Shown here: one piece after another, positions 58,177 through 64,000 of the stretch | Layout of the letters: each line of letters begins with the position of its first letter | How positions within the stretch are numbered: the stretch's first letter is position 1 | Origin: Roseburia sp. | GTDB lineage: Bacteria; Bacillota; Clostridia; Lachnospirales; Lachnospiraceae | Reading direction: 5' to 3' | Assembly: GCA_051879395.1 (NCBI GenBank) | Contig: JBJELY010000161.1 | Location: 7,882-71,881 of the forward strand | DNA: 64,000 nucleotides | Translations under genes and position numbers: made by a program | Notes under the pieces: model-generated | What the model was told of the DNA's origin: nothing | Databases searched by the model: none | Seen by the model: the letters and a program-made list of their open reading frames with translations, nothing else

Positions 58177-59124
58177 TTAGCGGATACAAATGTATACCAT
58201 ATATGCTGCATAGACAGCAAGCATAATGGCTCCCTCTGTACGACCAATTTTCTTTTTCGTCCATGCAAAAATCCATACAAGAGCACTAACCGCTACTAAG
58301 ATTATAATATCAATCACGTTTTCCATCAAGAATTCAATCGGGCTGATGGTTGCTGCAATTCCGAGTACCAGCAAAATGTTGAAAATATTAGAGCCAATGA
58401 CATTTCCAAGCGCCATATCAACTTCATTTTTTCTAGCTGCAACAATTGATGTCACAAGTTCCGGAAGGCTGGTTCCTAAAGCTACAACTGTAAGACCAAT
58501 CAAAGTCTGGCTGAGTCCTAAGGATGCTGCAATGACAGAGGCTCCGTCTACAACAAAATCTCCGCCAAATGCAATTGCTGCTGCACCACCTACGATATAA
58601 AGAATACAGCGCCATACTGGGAGTATTTTGTATTCTTCTTCCGCCTGCTGATTATTCGCGCGGGCATTTAATGCAGATTTTACCATCCAGAATAAAAATG
58701 CTGCAAAAAGTACCAAAAGAATAGCACCATCAACTCTGCCAAGTGTCATACCCATATAACCTGCTCCGCCTAAGAGCAATGCACAGATAATCGAAAATGG
58801 AAACTCTTTTTTCAATGTGCTCTCCTGCACTGCCAACGGTGTAAACAATGCACACATACCACAGACAACCATCAGGTTAAAAATATTCGAACCAACTGCA
58901 TTGCTGACCGCAAGTGCATTATTATTCGTGATGGATGCTGTTACACTGACGGCACACTCCGGAAGACTCGTTCCCATTGCTACAATCGTAAGTCCGATGA
59001 TGATAGACGGAACACGAAGTCTTTTCGCAACGGAAGAACTTCCTTCCACGAAAAAATCTGCACCCTTAACTAAAAATACAAATCCAACTAAAAGTAATAC
59101 AACTGCTTTTACGTTCTCTAACAT
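58177..59124 (-). CDS. Ca2+/Na+ antiporter (CaCA, YrbG-like)
   Basis: Two alpha repeats GTSLPE...GSNIFN. Confidence 0.93.
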   Translation of the reverse strand: MLENVKAVVLLLVGFVFLVKGADFFVEGSSSVAKRLRVPSIIIGLTIVAMGTSLPECAVSVTASITNNNALAVSNAVGSNIFNLMVVCGMCALFTPLAVQESTLKKEFPFSIICALLLGGAGYMGMTLGRVDGAILLVLFAAFLFWMVKSALNARANNQQAEEEYKILPVWRCILYIVGGAAAIAFGGDFVVDGASVIAASLGLSQTLIGLTVVALGTSLPELVTSIVAARKNEVDMALGNVIGSNIFNILLVLGIAATISPIEFLMENVIDIIILVAVSALVWIFAWTKKKIGRTEGAIMLAVYAAYMVYICIR

Positions 59125-59157
59125 TTTTTCTTTCCTCTCTTTTTCTATATGTCTATA

Positions 59158-59742
59158 TTAAAAGGCCAGAATGCCTAAATGTTCCAATAAAATCTTGCAA
59201 CCAATTAAAACCAGAATAATTCCGCCTGCAAGTTCTGCTTTACTTTTATATTTATTTCCAAAAAAGTTTCCGACATATACCCCAATTATTGAAATTACAA
59301 ATGTAGTAGCACCAATAATTGTAATTGCTTCTACAATCGGGTAATCTAAAAAAGCAAATGTAACACCAACTGCGAGTGCATCGATACTCGTCGCAATTGC
59401 AAGAATGAACATCTCTTTGATATTCAATGGCGGATCCATCTGTTCAATTTCTGTATCTTCATCTGCTTCCGTAAGAGCCTCTTTTATCATTTTTCCACCG
59501 ATAATGACTAATAATACGAATGCAATCCAATGGTCAATATTTGTAATGTAAGCTTCAAACTGAATTCCCAATGCCCATCCAATCAATGGCATAAGTGCCT
59601 GAAATCCTCCGAAAAACAAACCAATGATAACTGCCTGCTTTTTATTGACTTTCCGCATTGCAAGACCTTTACAAATCGATACAGCAAAGGCATCCATCGC
59701 AAGACCTACACCCATCAAAAATAATACAATAAATAATGACAT
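59158..59742 (-). CDS. mntP: manganese efflux pump
   Basis: [25 protein letters not shown]; yybP-ykoY riboswitch upstream. Confidence 0.93.
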   Translation of the reverse strand: MSLFIVLFLMGVGLAMDAFAVSICKGLAMRKVNKKQAVIIGLFFGGFQALMPLIGWALGIQFEAYITNIDHWIAFVLLVIIGGKMIKEALTEADEDTEIEQMDPPLNIKEMFILAIATSIDALAVGVTFAFLDYPIVEAITIIGATTFVISIIGVYVGNFFGNKYKSKAELAGGIILVLIGCKILLEHLGILAF

Positions 59743-59891
59743 TTCTCTCTTTTCCTTTCTCTTGTGTCAAAGATAACAATTGCTCACCAGTCGCATCCTG
59801 CCCGGATGGCTTGCTCTATAGTTCCACCTATAGAGTAACAAAAAAGAGACTTCTGTATGCCCGAAAAAAGAGTTCTCCTCTTTCAAACATA

Positions 59892-59979
59892 CATGAGTCT
59901 CATTCTTTAAGATTTGCCAGGTGAATCCTCACCGGGAATGTTGACAAATCACGTCTTCACGCGAACTACTCCCTCACGG
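59892..59979 (-). ncRNA. yybP-ykoY Mn2+ riboswitch
   Basis: GAGGGAGTAG...GTCAACA...GAGACTC core upstream of mntP, with a terminator-like U tract near 59838-59860. Confidence 0.85.
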
Positions 59980-60057
59980 AATTATTCTTTCTTATCTTCT
60001 CAATTATTACTGGTTTCGCAACCTGTCTCTTTACTATAAAGTATGTGAGAATTTTTG

Positions 60058-61311
60058 TCAATTACTTTTTAAGATACCTGCTTCCATTTTCGTAAGAAGC
60101 TCATCACAATAGTCCTTCGTGCATAAGATTCCCGGCTTAAATTGTATTACAGATGGATCTAACTGCGAATAAATTGCCCAAACACCATTTTTATAAAGAC
60201 TTTCCATAACCGGAATAGCTCCCTGCTCTCCTTCAAACTCCAATCCCATTATGGTTCCGTTCTGGCGAATACCTTTGAACTTATTTGATTTCTCCAAAAT
60301 TTTTTCAAGTCCTGCCCGCAAATATTGAGAAACAAATTCAACATTTTCTTTTGTCTCTTTTCTCTGAAGAATTTCTAAAACCTTTAGTGCACAGCAACAA
60401 CCTAACTCACTGCCTCCATAGGTTGACATATGACCGCTTCCATCTTTTTCCATCCAACCAGCAGTCTTCTCACTTAATATAACTGCTGAAATTGGATAGA
60501 TTCCTCCACTTAGACCTTTTGATGTTACAATGATATCTGGAGTGACACCATATTTCGTAATACACCACATACTGCCACTTCGCATTAAGCCTGTCTGTAC
60601 CTCATCGGCAATATATATCGTTCCGTATTTTTCGCATAGCTCCTTCACTGCTTTTAAGTATCCTTCTTCCGGCAATGGAAATCCATAAGTAGCTGGGATT
60701 GTTTCCATAATAACACAAGCTACATCCCCTCCTTTTAGAGCTTCCTCCATCTCATTAATATTATTAAAGGTTACTTTTACAAATTCATCTTCCGGTCTGT
60801 CTACTAAAAAGAGCTTGCTATATCTATCGGCACCGGCAGCAACCGCAAGTCCGGTATGCCCGTGATATGCATTTTTTATAGAAACAATCTTGCGTCTTCC
60901 AGTTGCCTCTCTTGCACACTTCATAGCAAGATCCACTGCTTCTCCACCGCTTGAACCGTAGACAACTCGTTTCATATTATCCGGCGAAACCTTAACTAGT
61001 TCCTGTGCTAAAAGAGCCTTAAGAGGCGTGGTAAAATGATGATTTCCCATGTCCACCATATCAAGTCCATCCTTTAACGCCTGTATCACTTCTGGATTTC
61101 TATGCCCTAAACTGTATGTACCGCCGTTTATATGAACATCCATCAACTTATTTCCATCCATGTCCCAGAAATAATAGCCTTCACGTTTTCCAATGACAAG
61201 ATCGATTCCGTCCTTTAACCAGTCATTTAACTTTCCTTCATTATAATATTTACGTGTCAAATCAAACACGTCCTGTTTACTCATTGAATTATAAATCTCT
61301 TCCGCCTTCAT
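60058..61311 (-). CDS. class III PLP-dependent aminotransferase family protein
   Basis: LGHRNP, SGGEAVD, AYHGHT, ADEVQTG, PDIIVTSKGLSGG. Confidence 0.92.
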   Translation of the reverse strand: MKAEEIYNSMSKQDVFDLTRKYYNEGKLNDWLKDGIDLVIGKREGYYFWDMDGNKLMDVHINGGTYSLGHRNPEVIQALKDGLDMVDMGNHHFTTPLKALLAQELVKVSPDNMKRVVYGSSGGEAVDLAMKCAREATGRRKIVSIKNAYHGHTGLAVAAGADRYSKLFLVDRPEDEFVKVTFNNINEMEEALKGGDVACVIMETIPATYGFPLPEEGYLKAVKELCEKYGTIYIADEVQTGLMRSGSMWCITKYGVTPDIIVTSKGLSGGIYPISAVILSEKTAGWMEKDGSGHMSTYGGSELGCCCALKVLEILQRKETKENVEFVSQYLRAGLEKILEKSNKFKGIRQNGTIMGLEFEGEQGAIPVMESLYKNGVWAIYSQLDPSVIQFKPGILCTKDYCDELLTKMEAGILKSN

Positions 61312-61987
61312 ATTGCAATTCCTCCATTATCTCTTCAAATGAATATACATACTTAAGGACTCTCTTTTTTATTTCAGATAAGTCCTTCTCCATCACCTGA
61401 TCATAAACTCCCACCACCAAATATCCTGCTGTACTGGCAGTATCTATTGCATAAAGGGCATCTTCGAAAATAAGAACATTACTTTTATCCTCTCCGAAAA
61501 AATTCATTGCCTCATCATAAGGCTTTGATGTATGCTTGCCGTCTTTAATGTTTTCGCAAGAAATAATTTTGTCAATAAATTTGTCAATTCCGGTTCTCTT
61601 GCTTACCTTTTCTGCTAAGTATCTTGGTGATGATGTTACTATTGCTGTCTTAATCCCATTATCCTTTATTTTCTTTAAATAATCATATACTCCCTCTTTT
61701 AACGGAATTTTGTTTTCATAGGCATCCTCTATCATCTCATTAATTTCAGATACAATAACTTTTTTATTCTTAAGCAACTTATACCTTGCTTTTACAACAT
61801 CTGCTATATCCTCTGTAGAATCCGTTATAAAAGAATCTGTTACCCTATCATCATGACTGAATCCATTTTTCTCCATAAATTCGTCTGCCAGACTTTCCCA
61901 CTGTCTCATGGAATCAATCAGCGTTCCGTCCATGTCAAAAATAGCTGCCTTATAGTCTAGAATAGTATCCCCCACCATGGTCAACAT
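61289..61987 (-). CDS. HAD family phosphatase
   Basis: FDMDGTLIDS, VTSS, FEDA. Confidence 0.9.
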   Translation of the reverse strand: MLTMVGDTILDYKAAIFDMDGTLIDSMRQWESLADEFMEKNGFSHDDRVTDSFITDSTEDIADVVKARYKLLKNKKVIVSEINEMIEDAYENKIPLKEGVYDYLKKIKDNGIKTAIVTSSPRYLAEKVSKRTGIDKFIDKIISCENIKDGKHTSKPYDEAMNFFGEDKSNVLIFEDALYAIDTASTAGYLVVGVYDQVMEKDLSEIKKRVLKYVYSFEEIMEELQYEGGRDL

Positions 61988-63010
61988 TTAACTCACCAGC
62001 CCCTCATTGTGTTCCAAAAAACGCTTTGCCAGAGTATAAGTCCCCTTCGCATATGAGTTACCAATTCCATCTTTTACTGCTTCGCTTTCTGTATGTGTCT
62101 CAAGAAATCCCTGAAGCAGAAGTCTTCTTATCAAAATAAATGTTTCAAACTCTGCCTTATCTTCCTCGGAAAGAGGTCTTACTGATTCATATCCCCTTTC
62201 CCAATTTTCTGAAAGCATAGGTACATACTCACTATCCTCAATAAAACTGAACGCCGAACCATAATCATTTAAAAACCAGCAAAAACCGCTATCGTCAAAA
62301 TCAATAACGGCAATATCATCGCCATCCATGAGAAGATTAGCAAGCCTACAATCTGAATGAACCACTCCGTAGTTATCCCGATTCTTACCATAAATTTGAA
62401 GACGAGTCTTAATCACCTCTTCTACTTGATCAAACATCTCCAAATCTGCTTTGGAAAACTCATCACATAGCCTGTAATTTCCAAGAGCCGCCTCTTCCCC
62501 AAAAAGTTTTTCTGGCGTCCATGTTGGTCTTACTACTTTTGACGAAATATCGGACTCAATTGTGGCAGCATGCATTTTTCCCGTAACCTGACCTAATTTA
62601 TAAAAATATTCTCCAAGCTCTCCTAAATTATCCTGCTGTGGTGCACTTCCTTTTACAAATGTAAACATTACTGCAAAGTAATCCTTATCTCCTTCCGACG
62701 AAATCTTTTGTACATACTCCTTATCCACTCCTGCAACCGGCTCAGGAATTACAATATCCGAATATTCCTTAATTGCCTGCATAAAGGTAATCTCACTTTT
62801 TAATTCTTCTAGCGTATGATACCCCGGCTCGCAGACCCGAAGCATCATTTTTTCTCCGGTCTTTTTGTTTACAACTTTATATGTAGTGTTTTCAGATTGA
62901 TAAAAAAGATCTACCTCATATCCTTCTTCATCTAATCCAAAAGCTTCCCTTGCCAAAGGAATTAACGAATTCGCCCACTCAACCACTGATTCCATTTTTT
63001 CAATTTCCAT
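61988..63010 (-). CDS. APH/choline-kinase-like phosphotransferase
   Basis: SENTTY, LRV, HSDCRLANLL, IDFDDSG. Confidence 0.88.
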   Translation of the reverse strand: MEIEKMESVVEWANSLIPLAREAFGLDEEGYEVDLFYQSENTTYKVVNKKTGEKMMLRVCEPGYHTLEELKSEITFMQAIKEYSDIVIPEPVAGVDKEYVQKISSEGDKDYFAVMFTFVKGSAPQQDNLGELGEYFYKLGQVTGKMHAATIESDISSKVVRPTWTPEKLFGEEAALGNYRLCDEFSKADLEMFDQVEEVIKTRLQIYGKNRDNYGVVHSDCRLANLLMDGDDIAVIDFDDSGFCWFLNDYGSAFSFIEDSEYVPMLSENWERGYESVRPLSEEDKAEFETFILIRRLLLQGFLETHTESEAVKDGIGNSYAKGTYTLAKRFLEHNEGLVS

Positions 63011-63923
63011 TTGCAATTCCTCCTATATTATGACAAGCTACCATATGTTCTTCTTTTCCATTTACGCGTGTAAGTGGCGCCTCCTGTTCCTCACAGATTG
63101 CACTTTTATAAGGACACCTCGATGCAAATCTACAGCCTTTATGTTCCTCTGATGGATTTGGAAGTTCTCCCGATAAAATTCCATCATAAAAGGAATTATT
63201 CTCCTGAACCTCCGGAAGAGGAATAGCAGCAATAAGAGATTTCGTATAAGGATGAAGTGCATTCTGATACAGTTCCTCCACCGTTGCAAGTTCAACAATT
63301 TTTCCCAAATACATAACTGCAATCCTATCACACAAATATTCAACTACAGATAGGTTATGAGAAATAAAAAGCATGGACAAATGAAACTCCTGTTTCAAAT
63401 CCTTAAAAAGATTCAACACCTGGGCCTGAACTGATACATCAAGAGCTGATACCGGCTCATCCGCCACAAGAAACTGTGGATTAAGAAGAAGTGCTCTTGC
63501 AATAGCAATTCTTTGAAGCTGTCCACCAGAAAACTGTTTTGGATATTTATTAAGGGCATCCTTATTAAGACCAACTACATGAAGGATTTCCTCTATCCTT
63601 TTATTTTCCTCGCCTTTATTTAATCCATTTACTTTAAGTACTTCCTTCAATGTGCTTTTGATTGTCTTCCTAGGATTCAGTGAAGAAAATGGATTCTGAA
63701 AAATCATTTGCGCTCCATTTTTTCCTTCTACATTAAGCGCTATCTCACCTGAAGTCTTTTGGTTCAGTCCAAGGATACATCTACCTAATGTAGATTTACC
63801 GCACCCGCTTTCTCCCACAAGACCTAAAAACTCGTTTTCTTTAATACTTAAATCGATATCATCCACCGCTCTTAATGATCCAAAATACATTTTCAAATTT
63901 TTTACTTCTACAATATTACTCAT
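63000..63923 (-). CDS. oppF: oligopeptide/dipeptide ABC ATPase
   Basis: GESGCGKST, FSGGQLQR, DEPVSALD, HPYT, GCRFASRC. Confidence 0.92.
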   Translation of the reverse strand: MSNIVEVKNLKMYFGSLRAVDDIDLSIKENEFLGLVGESGCGKSTLGRCILGLNQKTSGEIALNVEGKNGAQMIFQNPFSSLNPRKTIKSTLKEVLKVNGLNKGEENKRIEEILHVVGLNKDALNKYPKQFSGGQLQRIAIARALLLNPQFLVADEPVSALDVSVQAQVLNLFKDLKQEFHLSMLFISHNLSVVEYLCDRIAVMYLGKIVELATVEELYQNALHPYTKSLIAAIPLPEVQENNSFYDGILSGELPNPSEEHKGCRFASRCPYKSAICEEQEAPLTRVNGKEEHMVACHNIGGIANGN

Positions 63924-63938
63924 ACTCCTCACCACCTT

Positions 63939-64000
63939 TTACTTGAAATTGTATGTATAATGACATCTACAATTATGACCATTTCCTTCTTCTTGCAAAG
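63939..64000 (-). CDS. oppD: 3' end of an oligopeptide ABC ATPase (partial)
   Basis: ...LQEEGNGHNCRCHYTYNFK* resembles the HxxxC C-terminus of OppD; runs off the window. Confidence 0.55.
   Translation of the reverse strand, partial: LQEEGNGHNCRCHYTYNFK

Noticed and set aside
1069-63343. Many short antisense or alternate-frame ORFs in the track (e.g. 1069-1566, 9477-10031, 42211-42705, 57592-58038)
   Set aside because: Shadows of well-supported genes on the other strand or frame, with no motifs or RBS

Overview
A low-GC Firmicutes chromosomal segment. Gene content (spoIID/spoIIQ, T-box, THF and yybP-ykoY riboswitches) suggests a spore-forming Clostridia, probably Lachnospiraceae-like. Most genes are on the minus strand. 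The conserved metG-tatD-rsmA backbone is split by accessory blocks: ABC transporters, two-component systems, a LexA-boxed radical SAM pair and a FliB-like methylase. Highlights: (1) a five-gene operon (circularly permuted ATP-grasp, Alpha-E, transglutaminase, two tandem M14 AstE/AspA-like proteins, one lacking its Zn and catalytic residues) behind a leader terminator that overlaps an ANTAR-like hairpin; (2) an MNT-HEPN toxin-antitoxin-like pair sitting between a Met T-box and metG, with Lys in place of the HEPN catalytic Arg; (3) three unrelated long fold-back elements (795-1058; 21162-21469 with a 7-bp target duplication; 52903-53107 inside the hcp 5'UTR); (4) an Opp / APH-like kinase / HAD / class III aminotransferase cluster at the right edge. 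I saw no rRNA, tRNA, CRISPR array, transposase or phage genes. All calls come from motif reading only; no database search was run.
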